A stretch of DNA of 64,000 bases from Candidatus Multivoradales bacterium (lineage in GTDB: Bacteria; Acidobacteriota; Thermoanaerobaculia; Multivoradales; J023), in contig CBDFLE010000005.1 in the NCBI GenBank assembly GCA_965248925.1, forward strand, positions 1,152,001-1,216,000, in the 5' to 3' direction. A model generated the notes under the pieces. That model was given only the letters and a program-made list of their open reading frames with translations. It did no database searches and had not been told where the DNA came from. Below, in pieces: positions 8,008 through 18,758 of the stretch. The translations under genes were made by a program, and so were the position numbers. The number at the start of each line of letters is the position of its first letter. The stretch's first letter is position 1.

Positions 8008-11000
8008 ATGCATCACGAAGACCGTGTCGAGACTTCTCTATTTGCCAATATAGCTAACAAACTTCACCCCCTGGTCACTGCACCAGCCGCCGCACGCTTG
8101 ATCATGTGGGCCGGCTTGGTGTTGTTCTGCACGCCCCTGGCCAGCGCCCAGGTGTTCACCATCGGCCACATCGGCAGCAACAATCAAGTGACCGAAGGTG
8201 GGGCGTCGTTGATCCAGTTCGATGTCGTGCTGACGCCGGCCGCGGCCGGCCCGACTTCTGTCGATGTGAGCACCAGTAGCGGCAGCGCCATCGAAGGGGT
8301 CGACTACAGTGGCAGCAGCTTCACCCTGAACTTCATCGCCGGCCAGACAATCGCGCCGGTCTTGATCACCACCACCGCCGACGTCTTGATCGAGGGCGAC
8401 GAGACCTTCAACATCGCGATCTCCAACCCCACCGGCGGCACCACGGTCGGAGCACCTTCGTCGGACATCGGCGTGATCGTGGACGACGAAGTCCCGGCGG
8501 TGATCACTATCGGCCACATCGGGAGCCAGAACACGGTTGACGAATCCGTCGCCGGCAGCACTTTCGCGCTCTTCGATGTGGTGTTGACGCCAGCCGCCGA
8601 CAACCCGGTTTCAGTTCAGGTCTCGACCAGCAACGGTAGCGCCACCGCCGGTTCGGACTACACCAGCTTCGGCCCGGTCGTGGTGACCTTCAACCCCGGC
8701 ATCACCCTGATCCCGATCAACGTCGGCATTCTCGACGATGCCCTCGACGAGGCAACCGAGAACTTCACCGTCAGCATCGCCAGCCCGACTGGTCCAGCGA
8801 CCCTAGGCACCTCATCGGACAGCGGTTTCATCACCGACGACGATCCTCTGCCCTCACTGACCGTCGACGACGTGGTGGTCGTCGAAGGCGACGCCGGCAT
8901 CACCCTCGCCACATTCACCATCACCCTCAGCGCGGCCAGCGGCCAAACGGTGACGGTGAATTTCGCCACCGCCAACGGCACCGCCACCACCGCCAACAAC
9001 GACTACGTGGCGCTGGCTCCCGGCAGCATTGCCACCTTCGCCCCCGGTGTGACGACCCAAACCGTCGACGTCCTCGTGGTTGGCGACAACAATCCCGAAC
9101 CCAACGAGACCTTTTTCGTCAACCTCTCAGGAGCCAGCAATGCCAGCATCGCTGACTCCCAGGGGCAGGGAACGATCAACAACGACGATGGCTCCCTACC
9201 GGGGTTAACGCTAGGCGACGCGACCGTCGCCGAGGGCAACGCGGGCATTACCAACGCAACCTTTCCGGTGACCCTCTCGGCCGCCTCTGGGTTGATCGTC
9301 ACGGTCAATTTCGCCACCACCGACGTCACCGCCACCACCGCCGATAACGACTATGTCGCCACTTCGGGAGTCGTCACCTTCAACCCCGGCGTCGTCAGTC
9401 AGAATCTCACCGTGCCGGTCAACGGTGACACCAAGTTCGAGTTCAACGAGACCTTCCGAGTCGATCTATCGGCGCCTTCCGGGGCGTCGATTACCGACGG
9501 CTTTGGCTCGGGAACGATCAACAACGACGACGCCACGCCGCAAATCTCGGTCACCGACATAGCCGTCACCGAAGGCAACGCCGGTACCATCAATGCCTCT
9601 TTCGCCATCTCGCTCAGTAATCCGAGCTCGCTGCCGGTTTCGGTTCAATTCAACACCTCGGACGGCTCTGCCACCATCGCCGACAACGACTACGTGGGGG
9701 CCGCCGGAACTGTCAATTTCACCGCCGGCACCACCCTGCAGGCGGTGCAAGTGGCGGTCAACGGCGATACGAAATTCGAAGGCAACGAGACCTTCGACCT
9801 GCTCTTGACCAGCCCGCTCAATGCCACCATCCTCGATGGCACCGCGATCGGCACGATCAACAACGACGACGGCGCACCACAGATCTCGATCAATGACGAC
9901 ACCGTCGTCGAAGGCAACGCCGGCACCACTCCGGCGGTCTTCAACGTCACCTTGTCCAACCCCAGCGGTTTCGTCACCACCGTTAACTTCAATACCGCCA
10001 ACGGCACCGCGACTCTGGCAGACAACGACTACGTGGCCAATTCCGGGACCCTGACCTTCGTCCCCGGCAACACCTCGCAGCTGGTGAGCGTCAACGTCAA
10101 CGGCGATCTCAACACCGAAGCTGACGAGACCTTCTTCGTCAATCTGTCCGGCGCCGGCGGCGGCTCGTTGCTCGACGCGCAGGGACTCGGCACGATCACC
10201 AACGACGATGCGGTACCGCAGATCTCGATCGGCGACGTGGTGCTCGCCGAAGGCAACGCCGGAACCTCAACCGCCGCTTTCGCGGTCACTCTCTCTAACC
10301 CCAGTGGCTCGCCGGTGACCGTGGCATTCGCCACCGCCGACGGCAGCGCCACCACCGCCGATGGCGACTACCTGAACGCCGCCGGTACCGCCACCTTCAA
10401 TCCCGGTGTGGTCTTGCAGACGGTCAATGTAACCATCAACGGTGACACCACCTTCGAAGCTAACGAGACTTTCACTGTCAACCTGTCAGCGCCGGTCGGC
10501 GCCACTATCGCCGATGGCCTCGGACTAGGAACAATCAACAACGACGACGGCCTGCCGCAGATCTCGGTCGGCGACGTGGTGCTCGCCGAGGGCAATGCCG
10601 GCACCTCCACCGCCGCTTTCGCGGTCACTCTCTCAAATCCCAGTGGCTCACCGGTGACGGTGGCCTTCGCCACCGCCGACGGCAGCGCCACCACCGCCGA
10701 TGGCGACTACCTGAACGCCACCGGCACCGCCACTTTCAATCCCCGGGTGGTCTTGCAGACGGTGAATGTCACCATCAACAGTGACACCACCTTCGAAGCT
10801 AACGAGACTTTCACTGTCAACCTGTCAGCGCCGGTCGGCGCCACTATCGCCGATGGACTCGGACTAGGAACGATCAACAACGACGACGGCGCACCACAGA
10901 TCTCGATCGGCGACGTCACCCTCACCGAGGGCAATGCCGGCACCAGTGTTGCCGCCTTCGCTGTCACCATGTCCAATCCCAGCTCGCAAGGGGTGTCTTT

Positions 11001-14000
11001 CACTTTTGCCACCAGCGACGGCAGCGCCACCACCGCCGATGGCGACTATGCCTTGACCACCGGCACCGTCACCTTCAATCCAGGCGTCGTCAGCCAGACG
11101 ATCAATGTCAATGTCACCGGCGACCTCACTTTCGAGGGCGATGAAACCTTCACCGTCGACGCCACTAGCGTTCCCGCCAATGCCACGTTGCTAGATGCGC
11201 AAGGTCTCGGCACGATCCAGAACGATGACGGCCAGCCGCAGATCTCGATCAACGACGTGCTGGTGATCGAGGGCAATGCCGGCACCATCACCGCGGTCTT
11301 CTCCATCACTCTCTCCAACCCCAGCTCGCAGGCGGTTTCCGTACTTGCCACCGCCGCGGACGGCACGGCCACCACCGCCGACGGCGACTACCTGCCCAAC
11401 TTCCTCGGTATCACGATGGCGCCGGGAGTTACTTCGACACCTTTCAACGTGACGGTCAACGGCGACACTACGTTTGAGGGTGACGAGGCCTTCAATGTGA
11501 ATCTGACGGGGGCCGTCAATGCGACCCTGCTCGACAACCAGGGACTCGGTACGATCCAGAACGACGATGGCCAGCCACAGATTCAGATCAACGATGTGAG
11601 CCTGGCCGAGGGCAACGCCGGCCTCAGCGGCTTGCTCTTCAACGTCACCTTGTCGAACCCCAGCGCGGTGCCGGTGATGGTTAATTTCGCTACCGCCGAC
11701 GGCACCGCCACCACCGCCGACGGCGATTACCAGGCGACCACCGGCACGGTGACCTTCACTCCTGGCGCCGTCGTGCAGCAAATCCCGGTGCAACTGGTCG
11801 GTGATCCGACTTTCGAAGGCGACGAGGGCTTTGTGGTCGACCTCAGCGCTCCCATCGGCGCCGCCCTGGCGGACCCGCAGGGCGCCGGTACGATTCTCAA
11901 CGACGATGGGGTGCCGTCGATGGCGATCGACGACGTCAGCCTCAGCGAAGGCGATGCCGGCAGCAGCAACCTCAGCTTCACCGTGTCACTAACCCTGGCC
12001 AGCTCGCAGCCGGTGACCGTCGACTTCGCCAGCGCTGACGCCACCGCCACCTTGGCTGACGGCGACTACGGCGCGGTGAGCGGCAACTTGACTTTCAATC
12101 CTGGTGAAGTCGCCATCACTGTCGACGTGCCGATCAATGGCGACACGACCTTCGAGAACGACGAAACTCTGACCGTGAATCTGTCGAATATTCTCGGCGC
12201 CACTCTTGGCGACGCCCAGGGCCTGGGCACCCTGCTCAACGACGATGGCCAACCTCAGGCTTCGATCGACGACGTCAACCTGGCCGAGGGCAACGCCGGT
12301 AGCGCCGACGCGGTCTTCACCGTCTCCCTATCAAACCCCAGCGCCCAGACCCTCACCCTCGATTTCCTCACCAGCGACGGCAGCGCCACGGTGGCCGACA
12401 ACGACTACCAGAGCACCAGCGGCACTCTGACCTTCAACCCGGGCGAGATCGCGCAGCAGATCCTGGTGCCGATCAACGGTGACCCGACCTTCGAAGGCGA
12501 CGAGACTTTCACCGTCGACTTGACCACACCCTCGGGGGTGACCATCGTCGATGCCCAGGGCATCGCGACCGTGCTCAACGACGACAGCGTGCCCTCGATC
12601 TCGATCACCGGCGTGACCTTGGCCGAGGGGGACAGCGGCCAAACCGTGGCCAGCTTCACGGTAGCGTTGACCTTGGCCAGCTCGCAAACCGTGACCGTCG
12701 ACTTCACCACCAACGATGGCAGCGCCACGGTGGCCGACAACGACTATCTTGCAGTCACCGGCCTGCTGACCTTCAATCCTGGCGAAGTGGCTGGAACCAT
12801 CGATGTGCCGGTCCTCGGCGATCCTCGTTTCGAAAATGACGAAGTCTTCACCGTCGACCTGAGCAACCCGAATGGCGCCAGCCTAGGGGTTGCCCAGGCC
12901 AGCGGCACGATCAGCAATGACGACCCGCTGCCCGGCCTGTCGGTAGACGATGTATTCATCGCCGAGGGAGACGCCGGCACCAGCAGTGCGACTTTCACCC
13001 TGAGCCTGTCGAACCCCAGCTCGCAGCCCGTGGCGGTAAGTTTTGCCACCAACGATGGCACCGCCACCCTCGCTGATGGCGACTATCAAGCCACCAGCGG
13101 TAGCAGCAATCTGGCCGCTGACCAAACCACGGCGACCGTGGTGGTGACCATCAACAGCGACGTCACCTTTGAAGGCAACGAGACCTTCACCGTCGACTTG
13201 AGCGCACCCAGCGGCGCCACCTTGGCCGATCCCCAAGGACTCGGCACGATCCTCAACGACGACGGAGTGCCGGCGCTAACCCTCGACGATGTGCTGCTCA
13301 GCGAGGGGGACAGCGGCCAGACCCTCGCCACCTTCACCGTCGCTCTGACCACTCCCAGCTCGCAGACCGTGACGGTGGACTTCACCACCGTGGATGGCAC
13401 CGCCACGGTGGCCGACAGCGACTACCAGGCGGCAAGCGGCGATCTGACCTTCGCCCCCGGAACGCTCAACGCTACCTTCGACGTGGCGATCAACGGCGAC
13501 CAGCGTTTTGAGCCAGACGAGGGCTTCACCACCGAGCTGTCGAATGTCATCAACGGCACCCTTGGCGACCCCATGGGTAGCGCCACGATAACCAACGACG
13601 AGCCACAACCCGGTTTGTCGATCGACGACATCCGCTTTGCCGAAGGCGACGCCGGGCCGACCCGCAGCACCTTCACCGTCTCCCTGTCGGGGGCCAGCGC
13701 ACAACCAGTGATGGTGACTTGGGCCACCGGTGACGGCACGGCTCAGGTCGCTGACGCCGATTACATCAGCGCCGCCGGCAACCTGACCTTCGCCGCCGAC
13801 GTGCTGACCCAGACTTTCGACGTAGTGGCCCGCGGCGATCAGCGCTTCGAGGGTGACGAAACCTTCGTCGTCGACCTCAGCTCGGCCCTCGGCGCCACTC
13901 TCGACGATGCCCAGGGCCTAGCGACGATCCTCAACGACGACAGCGCCGAGACCCCCACCTTCGTCATCGACGATGTAGTGCTGCAAGAAGGTGACGAAGG

Positions 14001-17000
14001 CAGCCGCGAGGCCGTCTTCACCATCACCCTGAGTTCGCCCAACAACCTCCCCTTCAGCCTCGACTACACCACCGTCGATGGCACGGCGACAGCTGGTGAG
14101 GACTATCAAGCCGGCAGTGGCAGCCTGACTCTGGCCGCCAGCGACGGCAGCGCCAGCCAGACTGTTGCCGTCACCGTCAACGGTGACACCGAGGTCGAGG
14201 AAGACGAGACTTTCCTGGTGCAGCTGTCCGCACCTTCGGCCGGTGCCACCCTCCTCGGAAACCAGGGCCAAGCGACAATCGAGAACGATGACAGTAGTGA
14301 TGACGATGGGGGCGGTGGCGATCCCCTACCAACCTTGCAGATCGACGATGTCAGTCTTGAGGAGGGTGATAGCGGCAGCCGCCAGGCGCGCTTCACCGTC
14401 ACCTTGTCAACGGCCGCTAGCCAGCCGGTGCGGGTGAGCTTCGCCAGCCTCGACGGGAGCGCCACCGCCGGCAGTGACTATCAAGCCGCTAGCGGCCAAC
14501 TGACTTTCGCGCCGTCGGAACTCACCCAAGAGGTGTCGATCGAAGTGCTCGGCGATACCGAAGTCGAGAAAGACGAGGTCTTCTTCGTGCTGCTGACTCA
14601 GCCGACCGGCGCTACCCTGGCCGATGATCGCGGCCGCGCGACAGTGCTCAATGACGATTCAGGGGATGATGGCGACGGGGACGATGGCGATGGCAGTGAC
14701 GATCCCCTGCCTACCCTATCGATCAGCGATGCCGCTAGCCGTGAAGGCAACGCTGGCCGAGCGGCGGCGGGGCTCACCGTCCACCTCTCGGCGCCGAGCG
14801 CCGACACGATCTCCGTCAGCTGGGCAACCCGCGACGGTTCGGCCCGTGCAGGCAGCGACTACACCGCCGCCAGTGGCCAGCTCACCTTCCCTCCCGGCCA
14901 GACCGAAGCCGAGCTGTCGGTAGCGATCACCGGCGATCTGGAAGTCGAGAAGGACGAGAATTTCTTTGTCGACCTGCTTTCACCCAACGGCGCCCAGCTG
15001 GCCGACAGCGAGGGTCGAGTGACCGTACTCAACGACGATCAACCCCTCGGTAAGCTGCGTTTGCGCCGTGCCGACCCGGTCACTGAGGACAGCGGCCAGG
15101 CGCGGATTCAAGTCGAGCGCTTTGGCTCCGCGGGCCGCGCCATCGCGGTCACCGCCCGTACCCGACCCCCATTACCGACCGCCAACAGCGATGCCCAAAA
15201 CCAAAGCCTGGCCCAAGTAAGCGAGGACTTCCAGGCCGCCTCTGACCGACTCAGCTGGGAAGTTGGCGAGCTCGGGATCAAGGAACTGGTCATCGACATT
15301 GTCGACGACAACCGCACCGAGCAGGAAGAGACCCTGATCATCGAACTGGTCGATCCTCAAGACGCCACCCTCGAGGAACCCTCGGAGATCGAGTTGAGGA
15401 TTCTCGACGACGACCAACCCAGAGCGCTCGAAGCAATCGGTGATACCGAGGTTGAAAGTCGGGTTCAAGAGCAGATCGAGCTGGTAGTCCGAGTTCTCGG
15501 TGAGCTGAATCGGCCGGTAGCCGGTGCCGCGGTCAGCTGGACGGTGCAAGGCAACGCCGCCATCATCCAAACAGACTCCACCGGCACCAGCAATAACGGC
15601 ATCGGCAATGGTGGCCCCAATGCTGGCGACAGCGACGATCCCGCCACTGCCGAGCAGGAAGAGAAAGAGCCAACTATCCTCAAGAGCGACGCCGATGGCT
15701 TGGTCCACCTGCCGCTGCTGCTGGGAGACCGTCCGGGCCGAGCCATGGCCCTTGCCACGCTGGTCGATAGCGAGGCCGAAGTCGAGGCCGGCGAAGCCAG
15801 CGTTTCTTTCGCGATCGCCGTCCTGGGGGATCTGGGCAATGACGACGGCGATCCCACTACCGAAGACGAAGACGTCGGCAGCGTGATCGACGAAGTCTGT
15901 GTCGACGCCGAAGGTGTCCTCGACGAATTCTGCGACTATGTCTTCGATCTCGACGACGACGACCAGCAGGAGGTGCTCGACCAACTCACCCCCACCGACG
16001 ATTTGGCCGCCCAAAGCGACCTCACCCTGGAGGTGCCGCGGGTGCAGTTGCGCAACATCGCCGCCCGCCTTGCTACCCTGCGCGGCAGCGCCACCCGCCA
16101 AGCCAGCGAGCAAATCGCCTTCGACATTCGCGGCGAGCCCTTCCGCCTAGCCGACCTGGGACAGATCAATTCAGCCTCCGGGTCGCGCCTCGCGCACTCC
16201 TACACCGCACAGGTAAAAGCCGCCCTGGTAGCCGCTGGCGCTCCAGCTCAGCTCAGCGGCGGTGCCGCGTCGGCCGACCCGCCGGTGGCACTCGACAGCG
16301 CCCCAGAAAGCAACCCTTGGGGGATCTTCGTCAACGGTCGGGTGTCGATCGGTGACCGCCCCAAGCTAGGGCGCGAGGAGGGCTTCGACTTTACTTCCCA
16401 AGGCATCACCGCGGGTGCCGATCGCCGGGTCGGTGAGCACTTCGTCCTCGGCGCCGCCGCGGGTTACTTGCTGACCGACATCGATATCGACAACTCCGGC
16501 GGTAGCCTCGACGCCACTGGTTACGCCCTATCGCTGTATTCGAGCTATTTCCGCAAGCGTTTCTATCTCGAAGGCGCCGCCACCTACGGCTGGAACGACT
16601 ACCGTCTAGAGCGTTCCATCGATCTACCCCGGCCCTTCCTCGGCCGCAGCCGTTTCACCGCTCGCGGCAATCCGGGCAGTCAGCAGATCTCCTTCGGCTT
16701 CGGCGCTGGTTATGACTTCGATCTTGGCGCCGGCAGGCTGAGTGGTTTGCTACGGGTCAGTTATATTGAAGCCGAGATCGATGGCTACAGCGAAACCGGC
16801 GCCAAACCGTTCGCCTTGATCATCGGCGAGCAGAGGCTGACCTCTTTACTGACCGAGGCCGGTGCCGAGGTCAGCTACCCCTTCAGCTTCAACGGGGGGG
16901 TGCTACAACCCAGCCTGCGCGCCTCCTACCTGCACGAATTCGCCGATGACGGCCGGCTGATCCGCGCCAGTTTGGTAGCCGATCCAGCGGGCTCCGAGTT

Positions 17001-17166
17001 CCAGGTCAGCACCGATGATCCCGATCGCAGCTTCTTCAACTTCGCCATCGGCCTGACCGCCGTCTTGCCCCGTGGCAAGAGCATCTTTCTGCTCTACGAC
17101 ACCGATCTGGCCCGCGATGATCTGAACATCTACAACCTTTCGACCGGGGTGCGGATCCAATTCTGA
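8008..17166 (+). CDS. Giant autotransporter adhesin with about 21 Calx-beta repeats
   Basis: Repeated ~113-aa units (EGNAG...DGSAT..DY..GTxTF.PG..GDxxFExNETF..GTI.NDD), an Ig-like linker, and a C-terminal beta-barrel (WGIFVNG...GVRIQF ending in Phe); start may be downstream (ATG 8104). Confidence 0.92.
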   Translation: MHHEDRVETSLFANIANKLHPLVTAPAAARLIMWAGLVLFCTPLASAQVFTIGHIGSNNQVTEGGASLIQFDVVLTPAAAGPTSVDVSTSSGSAIEGVDYSGSSFTLNFIAGQTIAPVLITTTADVLIEGDETFNIAISNPTGGTTVGAPSSDIGVIVDDEVPAVITIGHIGSQNTVDESVAGSTFALFDVVLTPAADNPVSVQVSTSNGSATAGSDYTSFGPVVVTFNPGITLIPINVGILDDALDEATENFTVSIASPTGPATLGTSSDSGFITDDDPLPSLTVDDVVVVEGDAGITLATFTITLSAASGQTVTVNFATANGTATTANNDYVALAPGSIATFAPGVTTQTVDVLVVGDNNPEPNETFFVNLSGASNASIADSQGQGTINNDDGSLPGLTLGDATVAEGNAGITNATFPVTLSAASGLIVTVNFATTDVTATTADNDYVATSGVVTFNPGVVSQNLTVPVNGDTKFEFNETFRVDLSAPSGASITDGFGSGTINNDDATPQISVTDIAVTEGNAGTINASFAISLSNPSSLPVSVQFNTSDGSATIADNDYVGAAGTVNFTAGTTLQAVQVAVNGDTKFEGNETFDLLLTSPLNATILDGTAIGTINNDDGAPQISINDDTVVEGNAGTTPAVFNVTLSNPSGFVTTVNFNTANGTATLADNDYVANSGTLTFVPGNTSQLVSVNVNGDLNTEADETFFVNLSGAGGGSLLDAQGLGTITNDDAVPQISIGDVVLAEGNAGTSTAAFAVTLSNPSGSPVTVAFATADGSATTADGDYLNAAGTATFNPGVVLQTVNVTINGDTTFEANETFTVNLSAPVGATIADGLGLGTINNDDGLPQISVGDVVLAEGNAGTSTAAFAVTLSNPSGSPVTVAFATADGSATTADGDYLNATGTATFNPRVVLQTVNVTINSDTTFEANETFTVNLSAPVGATIADGLGLGTINNDDGAPQISIGDVTLTEGNAGTSVAAFAVTMSNPSSQGVSFTFATSDGSATTADGDYALTTGTVTFNPGVVSQTINVNVTGDLTFEGDETFTVDATSVPANATLLDAQGLGTIQNDDGQPQISINDVLVIEGNAGTITAVFSITLSNPSSQAVSVLATAADGTATTADGDYLPNFLGITMAPGVTSTPFNVTVNGDTTFEGDEAFNVNLTGAVNATLLDNQGLGTIQNDDGQPQIQINDVSLAEGNAGLSGLLFNVTLSNPSAVPVMVNFATADGTATTADGDYQATTGTVTFTPGAVVQQIPVQLVGDPTFEGDEGFVVDLSAPIGAALADPQGAGTILNDDGVPSMAIDDVSLSEGDAGSSNLSFTVSLTLASSQPVTVDFASADATATLADGDYGAVSGNLTFNPGEVAITVDVPINGDTTFENDETLTVNLSNILGATLGDAQGLGTLLNDDGQPQASIDDVNLAEGNAGSADAVFTVSLSNPSAQTLTLDFLTSDGSATVADNDYQSTSGTLTFNPGEIAQQILVPINGDPTFEGDETFTVDLTTPSGVTIVDAQGIATVLNDDSVPSISITGVTLAEGDSGQTVASFTVALTLASSQTVTVDFTTNDGSATVADNDYLAVTGLLTFNPGEVAGTIDVPVLGDPRFENDEVFTVDLSNPNGASLGVAQASGTISNDDPLPGLSVDDVFIAEGDAGTSSATFTLSLSNPSSQPVAVSFATNDGTATLADGDYQATSGSSNLAADQTTATVVVTINSDVTFEGNETFTVDLSAPSGATLADPQGLGTILNDDGVPALTLDDVLLSEGDSGQTLATFTVALTTPSSQTVTVDFTTVDGTATVADSDYQAASGDLTFAPGTLNATFDVAINGDQRFEPDEGFTTELSNVINGTLGDPMGSATITNDEPQPGLSIDDIRFAEGDAGPTRSTFTVSLSGASAQPVMVTWATGDGTAQVADADYISAAGNLTFAADVLTQTFDVVARGDQRFEGDETFVVDLSSALGATLDDAQGLATILNDDSAETPTFVIDDVVLQEGDEGSREAVFTITLSSPNNLPFSLDYTTVDGTATAGEDYQAGSGSLTLAASDGSASQTVAVTVNGDTEVEEDETFLVQLSAPSAGATLLGNQGQATIENDDSSDDDGGGGDPLPTLQIDDVSLEEGDSGSRQARFTVTLSTAASQPVRVSFASLDGSATAGSDYQAASGQLTFAPSELTQEVSIEVLGDTEVEKDEVFFVLLTQPTGATLADDRGRATVLNDDSGDDGDGDDGDGSDDPLPTLSISDAASREGNAGRAAAGLTVHLSAPSADTISVSWATRDGSARAGSDYTAASGQLTFPPGQTEAELSVAITGDLEVEKDENFFVDLLSPNGAQLADSEGRVTVLNDDQPLGKLRLRRADPVTEDSGQARIQVERFGSAGRAIAVTARTRPPLPTANSDAQNQSLAQVSEDFQAASDRLSWEVGELGIKELVIDIVDDNRTEQEETLIIELVDPQDATLEEPSEIELRILDDDQPRALEAIGDTEVESRVQEQIELVVRVLGELNRPVAGAAVSWTVQGNAAIIQTDSTGTSNNGIGNGGPNAGDSDDPATAEQEEKEPTILKSDADGLVHLPLLLGDRPGRAMALATLVDSEAEVEAGEASVSFAIAVLGDLGNDDGDPTTEDEDVGSVIDEVCVDAEGVLDEFCDYVFDLDDDDQQEVLDQLTPTDDLAAQSDLTLEVPRVQLRNIAARLATLRGSATRQASEQIAFDIRGEPFRLADLGQINSASGSRLAHSYTAQVKAALVAAGAPAQLSGGAASADPPVALDSAPESNPWGIFVNGRVSIGDRPKLGREEGFDFTSQGITAGADRRVGEHFVLGAAAGYLLTDIDIDNSGGSLDATGYALSLYSSYFRKRFYLEGAATYGWNDYRLERSIDLPRPFLGRSRFTARGNPGSQQISFGFGAGYDFDLGAGRLSGLLRVSYIEAEIDGYSETGAKPFALIIGEQRLTSLLTEAGAEVSYPFSFNGGVLQPSLRASYLHEFADDGRLIRASLVADPAGSEFQVSTDDPDRSFFNFAIGLTAVLPRGKSIFLLYDTDLARDDLNIYNLSTGVRIQF
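10216..10890 (+). repeat. Near-identical 339-bp tandem duplication (two adjacent Calx-beta units)
   Basis: Segments starting at 10216 and 10555 are nearly identical in DNA, including long exact stretches such as gacaccaccttcgaagctaacgagactttcactgtcaacctgtcagcgccggtcggcgccactatcgccgatgg. Confidence 0.9.
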
Positions 17167-17203
17167 TCCGCTTCGGCCCGCCAACGTCAGCCCAGATAAC
17201 TCA

Positions 17204-17238
17204 GCCAAAGAAGGCAAGATGCTCCGACCTTCTTTGGC
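17204..17238 (+). terminator. Stem-loop downstream of the autotransporter
   Basis: Perfect 11-bp inverted repeat GCCAAAGAAGG / CCTTCTTTGGC; no strong U-tract. Confidence 0.5.
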
Positions 17239-17373
17239 ACTTCCCAGTGCTACTCCGCACGCCACCGGCACGGCGCGGATGCGGCAGACGGATCCCGCTT
17301 TCTGGGTAGCGAGAGTCCAGCTTGCTAGGGCATAGAATGCTCCTCGACAGAACCTTCAGTGAGGAGCACGACG

Positions 17374-18732
17374 ATGGCAGGCGAGATCACCCGCGACAGA
17401 TGGACCAGCCGCTTTGGCTTCATCATGGCTACCGCCGGGTTCTCCATCGGCCTGGGCAATATCTGGCGCTTCCCCTACTTGACCGGTACCCACGGCGGCG
17501 GCGCCTTCCTGTTGGTCTACTTGATCTTCGCGCTAGTGATCGGCATTCCCCTGCTCAGCGCGGAAATCTCTCTCGGGCGCCAGAGCGGCCTGACGCCGAT
17601 CGCCGGCATGCAGCGACTGAGCGGCTCGAAGTCCAGTCCTTGGAATCTGATCGGCTGGCTCGGCGTTGCCGCCGCGGTTCTCATCCAGTCCTACTACGTG
17701 ATGGTGATCGGTTGGATCTTGGGCTACACAGTGATGATCCTCACCGGCAGCCTGAACGGCGCCGATACTGCCTCTCTGAGCAGCACATACCAACAGTTCA
17801 CCGCTACTCCGGGCCCGGTGTTCGGCTACACCGCGGCGGTGGTCGTGCTGCTGGCGCTGATCGTCAGCCGTGGCCTGCACCAGGGGCTGGAGCGGGTGGC
17901 CAAGGTGGCGATGCCGGTGTTGTTGCTCCTGTTGGTCGGCTTGGCGGTGCGTTCGTTGAGCTTTCCCGGCGCTCTCCGAGGCCTTGTCTGGTACTTGCAG
18001 CCCGACCTGTCGAAACTCAATGGCGCCACGCTGTTGGCCGCCCTCGGCCAAGCCTTTTACTCGATAGGCATCGGCATGGCGGTGGCCTTTGGCTTCGGCA
18101 GCTACCTCGACAGAGACCACAGTGATGTGCCTGGCAGCGCCGCCATCGTCGTCCTCTGCGACACGGCGGTGGCATTGCTCGCCGGGCTGGTGATCTTCCC
18201 GGCATTGTTCGCTTTCGACTTGCAGCCCAACGCCGGACCCGGCCTGATCTTCGAGACCCTGCCACGGCTCTTCGCCGAGATGCCCGTCGGCCAGCTCTTT
18301 GGCGTTTCCTTCTTCTGCCTCCTGCTGCTGGCGGCAATCACCTCGGCAGCGGCCCTGCACCAGGTACTGAGCACTACCCTGACCGACCTGCTGCCCATCA
18401 GACGCCGCACCTCCACTTGGCTGCTGGCAAGCATTTTTCTCGCCCTGGCGACCCTGATCATTTTGTCCTTGGGTCCGTGGACCGGGCTACGCCTTTTCGG
18501 CATGGACCTATTCGTCTTCGCAGACACCCTCTCCGGCAATTTTCTGCTGCCAGCCGGAGCCTTGCTGCTGGCCCTTTTCACCGCCCTGGTTTGGGGGTTC
18601 GAGCGTTTTCGAACTGACACCAATCGCGGCGCCGGAAGATTTCGCATCACCGCCACCTGGAAGCCGCTGATGGTGGTGCTGATCCCCCTGGCAGTAGCGC
18701 TGGTGGTGGCGGTGGGTGGCGGGATTCTCTAA
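17374..18732 (+). CDS. Sodium-dependent transporter (NSS/SNF family)
   Basis: RDRWTSRFGFIMATAGFSIGLGNIWRFPY...GGGAFLLVY signature, many TM helices; GAGGAG RBS before ATG 17374. Confidence 0.95.
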   Translation: MAGEITRDRWTSRFGFIMATAGFSIGLGNIWRFPYLTGTHGGGAFLLVYLIFALVIGIPLLSAEISLGRQSGLTPIAGMQRLSGSKSSPWNLIGWLGVAAAVLIQSYYVMVIGWILGYTVMILTGSLNGADTASLSSTYQQFTATPGPVFGYTAAVVVLLALIVSRGLHQGLERVAKVAMPVLLLLLVGLAVRSLSFPGALRGLVWYLQPDLSKLNGATLLAALGQAFYSIGIGMAVAFGFGSYLDRDHSDVPGSAAIVVLCDTAVALLAGLVIFPALFAFDLQPNAGPGLIFETLPRLFAEMPVGQLFGVSFFCLLLLAAITSAAALHQVLSTTLTDLLPIRRRTSTWLLASIFLALATLIILSLGPWTGLRLFGMDLFVFADTLSGNFLLPAGALLLALFTALVWGFERFRTDTNRGAGRFRITATWKPLMVVLIPLAVALVVAVGGGIL

Positions 18733-18758
18733 CTCAGACGAAGTTGTCTAGTAGAGGA

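Noticed and set aside
8300-14810. Series of similar ~105-115 aa minus-strand ORFs resembling a repeated gene family
   Set aside because: They are antisense shadows of the Calx-beta repeats and recur with the same ~339-bp period
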